In this document: positions 24,447 to 37,279 of the stretch, one piece after another
Layout of the letters: the number at the start of each line of letters is the position of its first letter
Position numbering within the stretch: position 1 is the stretch's first letter
Assembly (NCBI RefSeq): GCF_018350175.1
Contig: NC_058368.1
Location: 150,166,001 to 150,230,000, forward strand
Source of the DNA: Felis catus
Taxonomy: Eukaryota
Direction of reading: 5' to 3'
DNA: 64,000 nucleotides
Notes under the pieces: model-generated
What the model saw: only the letters and a program-made list of their open reading frames with translations
Databases searched by the model: none
Told to the model about the DNA's origin: nothing
Position numbers and translations under genes: made by a program

Positions 24447-27400
24447 TCAGGATCCACATAAGAGTGAAACCATATGGTATCTGTCTTTCTCTGTATGGCT
24501 TATTTCACTTAGCATCACACTCTCCAGTTCCATCCACGTTGCTACAAAGGGCCATATTTCGTTCTTTCTCATTGCCATGTAATACTCCATTGTGTATATA
24601 AACCACAATTTCTTTATCCATTCATCAGTTGGTGGACATTCAGGCTCTTTCCATAATTTGGCTATTGTTGAGAGTGCTGCTATAAACATTGGGGTACAAG
24701 TGCCCCTATGCATCGGTACTCCTGTATCCCTTGGGTAAATTCCTAGCAGTGCTATTGCTGGGTCATAAGGTAGGTCCATTTTTAATTTTCTGAGGAACCC
24801 CCACACTGTTTTCCAGAGTGGCTGCACCAATTTGCATTCCCACCAACAGTGCAAAAGGGTTCCCGTTTCTCCACATCCTCTGCAGCATCTATAGTCTCAT
24901 GATTTGTTCATTTTGGCCACTCCGACTGGTGTGAGGGGATATCTGAGTGTGGTTTTGATTTGTATTTCCCTGATAAGGAGTGACGTTGAGCATCTTTTCA
25001 TGTGCCTGTTGGCCATCCGGATGTCTTCTTTAGAGAAGTGTCTATTCATGTTTTCTGCCCATTTCTTCACTGGGTTATTTGTTTTTCGGGTGTGGAGTTT
25101 GGTGAGCTCTTTATAGATTTTGGATACTAGCCCTTTGTCCGATATGTCATTTGCGAATATCTTTTCCCATTCCATTGGCTGCCTTTTAGTTTCGTTGGTT
25201 GTTTCCTTTGCTGTGCAGAAGCTTTTTATCTTCATAAGGTCCCAGTAATTCATTTTTGCTTTTAATTCCCGTTCCTTTGGGGATGTGTTGAGTAAGAGAT
25301 TGCTATGGCTGAGATCAGAGAAGTCTTTTCCTGCTTTCTCCTCTAGGGTTTTGATGGTTTCCTGTCTCACATTCAGGTCCTTTATCCATTTTGAGTTTAT
25401 TTTTGTGAATGGTGTGAGAAAGTGGTCTAGTTTCAACCTTCTGCATGTTGCTGTCCAGTTCTCCCAGCACCATTTGTTAAAGAGACTGTCTTTTTTCCAT
25501 TGGATGTTCCTTCCTGCTTTGTCAAAGATGAGTTGGCCATACGTTTGTGGGTCTAGTTCTGGGGTTTCTATTCTATTCCATTGGTCTATGTGTCTGTTTT
25601 TGTGCCAATACCATGCTGTCTTGATGATGACAGCTTTGTAGTAGAGGCTAAAGTCTGGGATGGTGATGCCTCTTGCTTTGGTCTTCTTCTTCAAAATTAC
25701 TTTGGCTATTCGGGGCCTTTTGTGGTTCCATATGAATTTTAGGATGGCTTGTTCTAGTTTCGAGAAGAATGCTGGTGCAATTTTGATTGGGATTGCATTG
25801 AATGTGTAGATAGCTTTGGGTAGTATTGGCATTTTGACAATATTTATTCTTCCAATCCATGAGCAGGGAATGTCTTTCCATTTCTTTATATCTTCTTCAA
25901 TTACCTTCATAAGCTTTCTATAGTTTTCAGCATACAGATCTTTTCATTTTTGGTTAGATTTATTCCTAGGTATTTTATGCTTCTTGGTGCAATTGTGAAT
26001 GGGATCAGTTTCTTTATTTGTCTTTCTGTTGCTTCATTGTTAGTGTATAAGAATGCAACTGATTTCTGTACATTGATTTTGTATCCTGCAACTTTGCTGA
26101 ATTCCTGTATCACTTCTAGCAGACTTTTGGTGGAGTCTATCGGATTTTCCATGTATAGTATCATGTCATCTGCAAAAAGTGAAAGCTTGACTTCATCTTT
26201 GCCAATTTTGATGCCTTTGATTTCATTTTGTTGTTTGATTGCTCATGCTAGAATTTCCAACACTATGTTAAACGACAGAGGTGAGAGTGGGCATCCCTGT
26301 CGTATTCCTGATCTCAGGGAAAAAGCTCTCAGTTTTTCCCCATTGAGGATGATGTTAGCTGTGGGCTTTTCATAAATGGCTTTTATGATGTTTAAGTATG
26401 TTCCTTCTATCCCGACTTTCTCAAGGGTTTTCTCAAGGGTGCTGAATTTTGTCAAAGGCCTTTTCTGCATCGATTGAAAGGATCATATGGTTCTTATCTT
26501 TTCTTTTATTAATGTGATGTGTCACGTTGATTGATTTGCGAATGTTGAACCAGCCCTGCATCCCAGGAATGAATCCCACTTGATCATGGTGAATAATTCT
26601 TTTTATATGCTGTTGAATTCGATTTGCTAGTATCTTATTGAGAATTTTTGCATCCATATTCATCAGGGATATTGGCCTGTAGTTCTCTTTTTTTACTGGG
26701 TCTCTGTCTGGTTTAGGAATCTAAGTAATACTGGCTTCATAGAATGAGTCTGGAAGTTTTCCTTCCCTTTCTATTTCTTGGAATAGCTTGAGAAGGATAG
26801 GTATTATCTCTGCTTTAAACGTCTGGTAGAACTCCCCTGGGAAGCCATCTGGTCCTGTACTCTTATTTGTTGGGAGATTTTTGATAACCGATTCAATTTC
26901 TTCACTGGTTATGGGTCTGTTCAAGCTTTCTATTTCCTCCTGATTGAGTTTTGGAAGCGTGTGGGTGTTCAGGAATTTGTCCATTTCTTCCAGGTTGTCC
27001 AATTTGTTGGCATATAATTTTTCATAGTATTCCCTGATAATTGTTTGTATCTCTGAGGGATTGGTTGTAATAATTCCATTTTCATTCATGATTTTATCTA
27101 TTTGGGTCATCTCCCTTTTCTTTTTGAGAAGCCTGGCTAGAGGTTTGTCAATTTTGTTTATTTTTTCAAAAAACCAACTCTTGGTTTCGTTGATCTGCTC
27201 TACATTTTTTTAGATTCTATATTGTTTATTTCTGCTCTGATCTTTATTATTTCTCTTCTTCTGCTGGGTTTAGGCTGCCTTTGCTGTTCTGCTTCTAGTT
27301 CCTTTAGGTGTGCTGTTAGATTTTGTATTTGGGATTTTTCTTGTTTCTTGAGATAGGCCTGGATTGCAATGTATTTTCCTCTCAGGACTGCCTTCGCTGC

Positions 27401-28264
27401 GTCCCAAAGCATTTGGATTGTTGTATTTTCATTTTCGTTTATTTCCATATATTGTTTAATTTCTTCTCTAATTGCCTGGTGGACCCACTCATTCGTTAGT
27501 AGGGTGTTCTTTAACCTCCATGCTTTTGGAGGTTTTCCAGACTTTTTCCTGTGGTTGATTTCAAGCTTCATAGCATTGTGGTCTGAAAGTATGCATGGTA
27601 TAATTTCAATTCTTGTATACTTATGAAGGGCTGTTTTGTGACCCAGTATATGATCTATCTTGGAGAATGTTCCATGTGCACTTGAGAAGAAAGTATATTC
27701 TGTTGCTTTGGGATGCAGAGTTCTAAATATATCTGTCAAGTCCATCTGATCCAGCGTATCATTCAGGGCCCTTGTTTCTTTATTGACTGTGTGTCTAGAT
27801 GATCTATCCATTTCTGTAAGTGGAGTGGTAAAGTCCCCTGCAATTACCACATTCTTATCAATAAGGTTGCTTATGTTTATGAGTAATTGTTTTATATATT
27901 TGGGGCCTCCCGTATTTGGCACATGGACATTTATAATTGTTAGCTCTTCCTGATGGATAGACCCTGTAATTATTATATAATGCCCTTCTTCATCTCTTGT
28001 TACAGCCTTTAATTTAAAGTCTAGTTTGTCTGATATAAGTATGGCTACTCCATCTTTCTTTTGGCTTCCAGTAGCATGATAAATAGTTCTCCATCCCCTC
28101 ACTCTCAATCTAAAGGTGTCCTCAGGTCTAAAATGAGTCTCTTGTAGACAGCAAATAGATGGGTCTTGTTTTTTTATCCATTCTGATACCCTATGTCTTT
28201 TGGTTGGCGCATTTAATCCATTTACATTCAGTGTTATTATAGAAAGATACGGGTTTAGAGTCAT
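24447..28264 (-). pseudogene. L1 ORF2p (endonuclease/reverse transcriptase), disrupted
   Basis: Starts MTLNPYLSIITLNVNGLN; has SDHN (EN), [15 protein letters not shown] and RQGCPLSP (RT), [13 protein letters not shown] (C-domain); split into at least 7 ORF pieces by stops and frameshifts. Confidence 0.96.
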
Positions 28265-28314
28265 TGTGATGTCTGTATGTTTTATGCTTGTAGCGATGTC
28301 TCTGGTACTTTGTC

Positions 28315-29209
28315 TCACAGGATCCCCCTTAGGATCTCTTGTAGGGCTGGTTTAGTGGTGACGAATTCCTTCAGTTTTTGTTTATTTGGGAAGATGTTTA
28401 TCTTTCCTTCTATTCTAAATGACAGACTTGCTGGATAAAGGATTCTCGGCTGCATGTTTTTTTCTGTTCAATACATTGAAGATCTCGTGCCAATCCTTTC
28501 TGGCCTGCCAAGTTTCAAAAGAGAGATCAGTCACGAGTCTTACAGGTCTCCCTTTATATGTTAGGGCACATTTATCCCTTGCTGCTTTCAGAATTTTCTC
28601 TTTATCCTGGTATTTTGCCAGTCTCACTATGATATGTCGTGCAGAAGATCGATTCAAGTTACGTCTGAAGGGAGTTCTCTGTGCCTCTTGGATTTCAATG
28701 CCTTTTTCCTTCCCCAGTTCAGGGAAGTTCTCAGCTATTATTTCTTCAAGTACCCCTTCAGCACCTTTCCCTCTCTCTTCCTCCTCTGGGATACCAATTA
28801 TGTGTATATTATTTCTTTTTAGTATATCACTTAGTTCTCTAATTTTCCCCTCTACTCCTGGATTTTTTTATCTCTCTTTTTTTCAGCTTCCTCTTTTTCC
28901 ATAATTTTATCTTCTAGTTCACCTATTCTTTCCTCTGCCTCTTCAGTCCGAGCCGTGGTCGTTTCCATTTTATTTTGCATCTCGTTTAAAGCGTTTTGCA
29001 GCTCCTCCTGACTGTTCCTTAGTCCCTTGATCTCTGTAGCAAGAGATTCTCTGCTGTCCTCTATACTGTTTTCAAGCCCAGCGATTAATTTTATGACTAT
29101 TATTCTAAATTCACTTTCTGTTATATTATTTAAATCCTTTTTTGATCAGTTCATTACCTGTTGTTATTTCCTGGAGATTCTTTTGAGGGGAATTCTTCCC
29201 TTTGGTCAT
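28315..29209 (-). pseudogene. L1 ORF1p, frameshifted
   Basis: ATG at 29209 (MTKGKNSPQKNLQE); early frameshift in an A-run near 29138-29143; later RHIIVRLAKYQDKEKILKAAR; ends PALQEILRGIL-TGA at 28315. Confidence 0.9.
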
Positions 29210-30079
29210 TTTGGATAGTCCCTGGAGTGTTGCTGACCTGCAGGGCACTTCCCCTGTGCTGTGGTGTATAACTGGAGTTGGTGGGCGGAACTGCAGTCAG
29301 ACCTGATGTCTGCCCCCAGCCCACCGCTGGGGCCACAGCCAGACTGGTATGTGCCTTCTCTTCCTCTCTCCTAGGGGCAGGATTCACTGTGTGGTGGCGT
29401 GGCCAGTCTGGGCTACTTGCACATTGCCAGGCTTGTGGTGCTGCGGATCTGGCGTATTAGCTGGGGTGGGTAGGTAAGTTGCACGGGAGCAGGAGGGGCA
29501 GGCTTAGCTCGCTTCTCCTTAGGTGGTCCACTTCAGGAGGGGCCCTGTGGCAGCGGGAGGGAGTCAGATCTGCTGCCAGAGGGGTGGCTCCGCAGAAGCA
29601 CAGCGTTGGGTGTTTGCGCGGAGAAAGCAAGTTCCCTGGCAGGAACTTCCCTGGCAAGTTTCCCGCCAAACTGAGCTCTGTCCTCCCAGGGCTCAGCAAC
29701 TCTCCCTCCCTTTGTTCTCCAGCCTTCCCGCTTTCTGAGCAGAGCTGTTCACTTATGACCTCCCAGATGCTAAGTCCCGCTTGCTGTCGAACACACTCCG
29801 TCTGGCCCCTCCACTTTTGCAAGCCAGACTCAGGGGCTTTGCTTGTCCGGCAGGCCACCCCTCCACCCCGGCTCCCTCCCACCAGTCTGTGGAGCGTGCA
29901 CTGCCTCTCTGCCCTTCCTACCCTCTTCCGTGGGCCTCTCATCTGCTCTTGGCTCCGGAGAATCCGTTCTGCTAATCCTCTGGCGGTTTTCTGGGTTATT
30001 TAGGCAGGTGTAGGTGGAATCTAAGTGATCAGCAGGACGCACGGTGAGCCCAGCGTCCTCTTACGCCTCCATCTTCCCC
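29210..30079 (-). promoter_or_regulatory. L1 5'UTR internal promoter (GC/CpG-rich)
   Basis: Most GC-rich segment in the window; AAGATGG YY1-type core at the 5' end; L1 5'UTRs are known internal Pol II promoters. Confidence 0.75.
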
Positions 30080-30319
30080 TATGTCCATTATATCCTAATG
30101 AAGTTAATAACAAAGTACCTTACATAATAGAGCTGCTTCGTTTTGAACAAAAATATTTATACTTAAGTCAAGGCTCATAGTAATATTCAAGAAGTCTTCT
30201 TAGAATTTAGTTAATATATTCAGAATACTACTTTTCAAAAAATGATGCAAAATGCCAAACAACTGAATATGTGAATATGTGTCAATCTGACAATATTCTC
30301 TTGTCTTTCTCTAATACCA

Positions 30320-30498
30320 TTTTTTTTTCAAAGAGAGAGAGGGAGAGAGGGATGAGGCATTGAGACAAACAGAGTCTCAAGTAGGCTCCACACTAAGCAT
30401 GGAGCCCAACATGGGGCTTTATCCCAGGATGCTGGGATCATGACCTGAACCAAATCAAGAGTCGGATGCTCGACCAAGTGAGCCACCCAGGCACTCCC
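30320..30498 (-). mobile_element. Can-SINE, older subfamily
   Basis: 'gatcatgacctgaaccaaatcaagagtcggatgctc...gagccacccaggcactccc' plus T tail. Confidence 0.92.
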
Positions 30499-31431
30499 AT
30501 AATGCCAAATTTCAATTATAAAATTCATGTAATTGTTTCAGGTAGCTGATCTTAGAGATATACAAATGAAAAAAAAAAAACTTACGTTGATAAGCTTTAC
30601 CTCAGTTCAAATTGGATATTATATTTGGTCCATGGTTAGCTTCATTTTAGTTCTACCTCTATTAAAAAGCAAAATGGACTTTTACAATGAAAACTAACCT
30701 CCTTTATAATGAAATCTGAATCTGCCACTCTCAGTCATTGCTGTTTACAGTGTTAAGTTACCCAAGCCCCAGTAAGGCATCATGTAGCGATAATAGTCAC
30801 TTTGGACCATACTCACCTCCATGAACAATGGAATTGTACTCTAGAAAATGTCTTCATTTAATGCTCAACCATGCTGTGCTTCAGAATGAGGACACTTTTT
30901 TATTCAGTACTAATCTACCCCTTTTCCAGTAGTAGCTTCAGTACTATCATGTATCTTTCTCTTTAATGATGAAAAAAAAACCACTTTGTTTGTTTGTATT
31001 GCTAATGTTCTTTGTCATCTACATATTGTACTAGGTCATCCCAAGTTCAGTTCTAATTGGATGCAGTGATACTTGCTATTAAAATACATTGTGAAAGGAG
31101 CCACACTACATAGGCTAGTATTTAGCTGTAGTTCCCATTTGTATGTAAGAATCTGCTTTGTTCCCAGCATTTACTATTTTCAGACAGAAACTCAGTAGGG
31201 AGTTTCAAGTCTTCTAATACTTTGATATCCCACTGAGAAGCTGTGTGATACAGGTAGGATTAAATATCCAAATCCTGTCTGTGAGAAAGTTTCTTTTTTC
31301 CGAGCATTAAAAAAGGTCAATTGATAACCACTTAAGAACTCTGGCTACCCCCAGGGACCTCCTTATTTAATAACGTATTCAGGAGAGAGGGAATGTAGCC
31401 CACCTAAAGGTTGAAAGCATGAACTTAAGGG

Positions 31432-31570
31432 CAGGGCCAGCTTCATGAGCACTGACAACCTATGCAGTCACACAGTGCCCTGCACTTAGAGGGTCCTATG
31501 TTTGTTTTAATGCTCTTCTTTTGCCTCTTGAGGCTCAATAATTGTTGAACAGGGGACCCCACATTTTTAT
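31432..31570 (+). mobile_element. MER91A-like hAT-Tip100 MITE, 3' end missing
   Basis: 'cagggccagcttcatg...tgcagtcacacagtgccctgcacttagaggg...tttaatgctct...gaacaggggaccccacattttt'. Confidence 0.75.
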
Positions 31571-33332
31571 CTTTTTTTTCTTCCAAGATTGTATTTAAAT
31601 TCAAGTTGGTTAAGATATAACATATAGTGTCATATTGGTTGCAGGAGTAGAGTTTAGTGATTCCTCACTTAACATGTAACACCCAGTGCCCACCCCAACA
31701 AGGGCTGTTCTTAATACTCATCACCCATTTAACCCATACCCTTGCCCACCTCTCTTCCAGTAACCCTCAGTTTGTTCACTATAGTTAAGAGTCTTTTATG
31801 GTTTGTTTCCTTCTTCATTTTACCTTCATTTTTCCTTCCCTTCCCCAAAGTTCATCTGTTTTGTTTCTTAAATTCCACATATGTGTGAAATCATATGCTG
31901 TCTTTCTCTGACTTATTTCACTTAGCATAATACATTCTAGCTCTATCCACATCATTGCAAAGGGCAAGATTTCATTCTTTTTGATGGTTGAGTAATAGTC
32001 TATTGTGTATATATATATATCACCTCTTCTTTATCCATTCATTAGCCGATGGATATTTGGACTCTTTCCATAATTTGGCTATTGTTGATAGAGCTACTGT
32101 AAACATTGTGGTGCATGTACCCCTTTGAATCAGTATTTTTGTATCTTTTAGATAAATGTGTAATAGTGAAATAGCTAAGTCATAGGGTAGTCCTATTTTT
32201 TACTTTTTGAGGAACCTCCATACTGTTTTCCAGAGTGTCTGTACCAGTTTGCATTTCCATCAATAGTGTAAGAGGATTCCCCTTTCTCCACATCCTTGCC
32301 AGCATCTTTAATTTGCCAAGTTATTAATTTTAGCCATTCTGACAGGTGTGAGGCAATGTCTCATTGTGGTTTTGATTTGTATTTCCATAATGATGAGCGA
32401 TGTTGAGCATTTTTTTCATGTGTCTGTCCACCCATTTGTATGTTTTCTTTGGAGAAATGTCTTTTCAAGTCTTCTGCCCATTTATTAACTGGATTATTTA
32501 TTTTTGGGTGTTGAGTTTGGTAAGATCTTTATAGATTTTAGATAGTAGCCCTTTATCCAATATGCCATTTGCATATATCTTCTTCTATTCCATAGGCTGC
32601 CTTTTACTTTTGTTGATTGTTTCCTTCAGCTTTGCAGAAGCTTTTTATCTTGATGAGGTCCCAATAGTTCAATTTTGTTTTTGTTTCCCTTGCCTCCAGA
32701 GACATGTCTAGTAAGAAGTTGCTACTGCTGAGGTCAAAGAGGTTGCTGCCTGTGTTTTCCTTTGGCATTTTGATGGTTTCCTGTCTCACACTTAGGTCTT
32801 TCATCTATTTTGAATTTATTTTTGTGTGTGGTGTAAGAAGGTGGCCCAGTTTCATTCTTTTCCATGTCACCATCCAGTTTTCCCAGCACCATTTGTTGAA
32901 GAGACTTTTTTCCATTTCATATTCTTTCCTCCTTGGTTAAAGATGAGTTGGCCATACAGGTGTGGGTCCATTTTTGGGTTCTCTGTTCTGTTCCATTGAT
33001 CTATATGTCTGTTTTTGTGCCAGTACCATACAGTCTTGATGATTACAGCTTTGTAATACAGCTTGAAGTCTGGAATTGTGATGCTTCCTGCTTTGCTTTG
33101 TCAACATTACTTTGGCTCTTTTCTGGTTCCATACAAATTTTAGGATTATTTATTCTAGCTCTGTGAAAATTTTTGATAGGGATTGCATTGATTGTGTAGA
33201 TTGCTTTGGGTAATACAGACATTTTAACAATATTTGCTCTTCCAATCCATGAGCATGGAATGTTTTTCCATTTCTTTGTGTCTTCTTCAACTTCTTTCAG
33301 AAGAGTTCTATAGTTTTCAGACTATAGATCTT
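31571..33332 (-). mobile_element. 5'-truncated carnivore L1 (older than the full-length copy)
   Basis: Colinear with 24270-25945 of the full-length L1 but more diverged; ORF piece KDLSVRQETIK...LNYWDLIKIKSFC. Confidence 0.95.
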
Positions 33333-33777
33333 TAGACAGGCTTCTTCTTGACTCTAGGTTTTCTGACATCCTTTCTCTTAGAGCATTGAGTTTCACAAAA
33401 GAAATTCTAAGTTCTTTTTCTGCCTTTTCAAGATATAAAACTTCCTCCAGACTTTTACCAATTTTACAACACAGGAATGTCTTTCTCAAGGACCTGAGAG
33501 CCAACACATCGAAATGTAAGCATCAAAGGATGTAGCACCTCTATATCCCATCCTTGGTGAGAAGGTAGAGCATAACTTCAATATGCAACAATTTAAAAAC
33601 ACAGATTACCTACTCACATTAACCAACATTCCCACTATTATCCCTCAGAATTTTTTTTCACTGACTTACACCAGCACTTAAAAATCCTCAGCTTTCCCCC
33701 GAGTGGAGTTGAGTTCAATCTCTCTCCCTTACTGCAATAGTCTTAAAGAAATTTTTCCATGCTTATTTTCTCTGACA
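33333..33777 (+). mobile_element. ERV1-type LTR fragment (MER34/MER39-like), 5' part missing
   Basis: 'caggaatgtctttctcaaggacctg', 'ggagttgagttcaatctctctcccttactgcaatagtctt', ends in ...tgaca. Confidence 0.65.
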
Positions 33778-33804
33778 CTAAAAACCCTTTAAGGGTTTAT
33801 GACT

Positions 33805-34070
33805 ATTTAAAAGAGTGTCCAAGCAACCAAGCGGGGTGGATTCATATCCTAGCCACACCATTTATTATCTAGGTGTGTTTGGGCAACTACCCTAACCCCT
33901 CCGAGTCCTGGTTTCCTCATTTATATATTAGTAATATTAATAGTACCTATCTTACAGAGTTCTTATGTGAAATGAATGACATAGCCATTTATAATTCTTA
34001 TCCAATATAAGCTTGGCTAAATAAATATTAGCCATAAACAAATATCTCAATAAATCCTAGCTATTAATAT
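33805..34070 (+). mobile_element. MIR
   Basis: Core 'ttgggcaactaccctaacccctccgagtcctggtttcctcattt...aatagtacctatcttacagagtt'. Confidence 0.75.
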
Positions 34071-34189
34071 TAGTCACAGCATAAAATTGACATATTATTT
34101 GGTCTCAGTGGTGATAACTCAGGCCCTTTTCAACTCTTGTTGTGACTACTAGAAGTTTCTGATTTCCTTTTCAAATCTATAGTCTTGCC

Positions 34190-34570
34190 CACCCCCCTCA
34201 ATCCTCAACACAGAAGCATTCTAGAATGCAAGCTTCTATTATTTTTCCCATTTGTATTACCCCTCAAAGTTCTCCCGTTACTATGAGGATTAAGTTCGTA
34301 ATCCTGAGGATGACATTCAAAGGACACCCAGGTCCAGCCCTGGCCAACTCTCCAGCCTCTTGTCTTGTGACCCTCCCCCCCACCCCACACACTCACATCT
34401 ATCTGTACCCATCCCCTCATCATTCAAGTCTTCTGGAGGGTCCTGGCAACACAGCCCTATCAACTCTGTAGCTCCCACTACTCCGTGTGCTGGGAAACCC
34501 TTCCTTTTCTTATCTTCCACATAAGGAGCATGCATTCTTTGAGACTCAAGGGCCAACTCCCCCTGTGAAG
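34190..34570 (+). mobile_element. L2 fragment
   Basis: Pyrimidine-rich L2-like 'atgacattcaaagga...ccagccctggccaactctccagcctc' and 'cattctttgagactcaag'. Confidence 0.5.
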
Positions 34571-36169
34571 TCTTAATGTTTGTTCATTTTTGTACTGATT
34601 TCATTTATGTTTTAATTTAACCTAACTTTATTGCATAATATTCACAAAACTAGTTTACTTAACATGTCTCTCAGTTTTCATATCCTTTATGGAAGGTAAT
34701 CATTGTTAAGAGTTTGGTTTTCTTTTTCTTTTTAGTGCATTTGTAAACATTAATACACAAAGACATACTCGATATGTTTTTTAAAAACAAGTATGATCAT
34801 ACTGAACATACCATTCTGAAACCTGCTCCTTTTTTAAAACACTATTTCATGGGTGATCCAGTTTACTTCTACAAGGACCCTATAAAATAGATGGCAATAT
34901 TAACTCCCATATTCCAGCTGAGAAAACATGTTCAGAGAAGTTAACTCTATTGCTTAATTCACATGGATAGTAAAAGGCAGAGGTGAATACAAAATAACAC
35001 AGGTAGAGATAGATGACCAACTCCAAAGAGAATGAGAAGTAGTCATCAGAGAAAGGTCCAAATTTGACATCTTAGCAGTGGAAGGGTTTAAGGCCTGAGT
35101 AAGCTTCAACAGAAACACTGCTGGAGGCAACAGAGAAGGACAAGGAACTTAAGGAATCTTAAATCTCCCTTCTCATGGAGAAGGTGGTAGGCGCACGGAA
35201 GGCTGAGTTCAGTTTGGGTTTATGGAACTATGTGTGTTTGCTTCTTTATTTAGGAAACTGGGAGGAATGGTATGGAAAGTATGGCTACCATTTCTCCTTT
35301 TGTAGGTAAACATCTGTCCTGAATTTTCCTTTTCCCATGACATGGGACTTTTCGATGCTAGCACTCGTCACCTTGCTTGAAAACAACCTTTTGGAAAAAC
35401 TCCTCCCATATTTCCACCTCCATCTCTTAGACCTATTTTAATCCCACTCAGCTGTGAAGGTTTACATTAAATGTCACATTTTCCATGTTACCGTCATTTT
35501 CTCTTGAATCACAGGTGTGTCTCTCTTCTATTAATTTTTTTATTGGTGTGATATACAGATGCAATCTTATTTTACAGATAAAAATCCTTATAATTTCTCT
35601 TATTATATAATAATTTCAATTATTATTTAATAATTATCCCAATACTTCATATTGAATAACTCATCTTTTCCCCATTGGCCTAATCTCCTACCTCTCTCAT
35701 ACGTTGAGTGTTAATATGTGTATGGTTCTGTTTCTAGGTTCCTTCTTAGAATTTAAAGTTCTCAGGAAGAAGTCATTATCCTACTCATTTTGAGTCACCA
35801 CCACCACCACCAATGCCAAACTCTATATATCCTGCCTGGTGGGTGTTTAATAAAATTTAACGAACTTAATTAAAACAAGCCTATTGTTTGTTATAAGCCC
35901 TTTTTTAACTTTCACTGCTTTAGATCCAATGGGACGATTCACAGCAATTGTATACTTTCTACAGCAGAAAGGACACCATTTATATGATTTCCATTACAAA
36001 GCCACCAAAACCTGTCCAACATGCTTATGACTATTTACTTGGATTGGATTTCAAATATGACATCAGATTAGGTTATAGAACAGAAAAACCAAAACTAAAA
36101 ACAAAAAAAAAAACCCTACCATTTCACTTCTAATCAACCAAAGTATTCATTTCAAAACTAAAATGAAGA

Positions 36170-36490
36170 TTAAAAATGGTTTTCAAAATTTGAAAACATG
36201 GAGACACTGTTTATGAAACAAAATGTGAAAAGTCTATTGACATCCTGATAAAAACAAAACCATAGGATGGCAAAAGAACGGACTGTTGGAGAAAATCATA
36301 AGTAAGATTATTGTCCAGTGTCTAGCTTTTGTTTTGGGTGGTGGGTTCTTAACTGTTTATTTTACTATTTAAAATGATAATTAAATAATACTAAAACATA
36401 GGACATGCCTAGACTGATAATGAGAGAACATAATAAACTATAGGTTATGATTAATCCAACTCTGTGCAACTGATGTACAATTCTGAAAAA
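36170..36490 (+). mobile_element. Old L1 3'UTR fragment (L1MC/L1ME-like)
   Basis: 'gataatgagag...ggttatgattaatccaactctgtgca'; the same terminus type recurs near 52500-52560. Confidence 0.5.
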
Positions 36491-37247
36491 TGGGGAAGTG
36501 TCAATAATGTAGACAGATGGAAATACATATTGCCTATGTTGGCCATATGAAATATTGGCTCACTTCAAAACACATATATTGAACATGTATTATAGAATTA
36601 GGATTTGGCTTTTCTGAGAAAATAATTATTTTTAGGTCATTGGAAACTTTATATTTGAAATAAGGAATTACTATCTTAAAAATAGAACCAGTAATATAAA
36701 TTACTTAATTTTAAAAAGTACTCCCTGGACTTTTGACCATGCACCTCATTAATTAAAAATTTAAAAAATACAAGCTCAGTGTAGAAATATCTACTTATTT
36801 ATATGCATATATATCTTCCATTTTCATTGGCTATTTCAAGGAAAATATGTACATTTAGAGGAAGGTTGGCTATGAATGATGTTCTGTTCTTAACGTCTTC
36901 TTACTCTATGTTATGTCATCTTTGAATTACTTTATAATATGGCTGACAAAGAACTCCTACCAGAAGTCGGAGAAATTTCAGCTCTTATTTTTGTATGAAT
37001 CCTTTATGTACAAATTATAAGTATTTTTGGCTCAATCAGTAATTCCCTCACCATTTTGCAAGGGATATTTTAATTAACATAAAATAACATACTCTGGAAA
37101 TCCATCTAACCAATTGTGTTTTTGTAATCGGCTGGAGGTGAATAAAGGCAAGAGGACACTCTCAAGGCCTGTAAATGATGGAATTCTCATAGACACCTGG
37201 TGCCAGTATTTTTGCCATATTTTTCAAGTACCTATTAAAAAGTTTGT

Positions 37248-37279
37248 GACAACGACAACAACAACAACAACAACAACAA
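37248..37279. repeat. (ACA)n trinucleotide repeat
   Basis: About 10 units with one interruption. Confidence 0.9.

Larger units (their letters stand above)
24217..30079 (-). mobile_element. Full-length feline LINE-1 (L1_Fc-like), inactive
   Basis: GC-rich 5'UTR starting GGGGAAGATGG, ORF1, ORF2 (EN, RT, C-terminal domain), 3'UTR with AATAAA and short poly(A); perfect 15-bp TSD tatgtccattatatc at 24202-24216 and 30080-30094. Confidence 0.98.

Noticed and set aside
24447..28264. An active reverse transcriptase or novel RT system
   Set aside because: Ordinary LINE-1 ORF2 with multiple stops and frameshifts
24287..29218. Plus-strand ORFs of 60-161 aa inside the L1
   Set aside because: Antisense shadows of L1 ORF1 and ORF2
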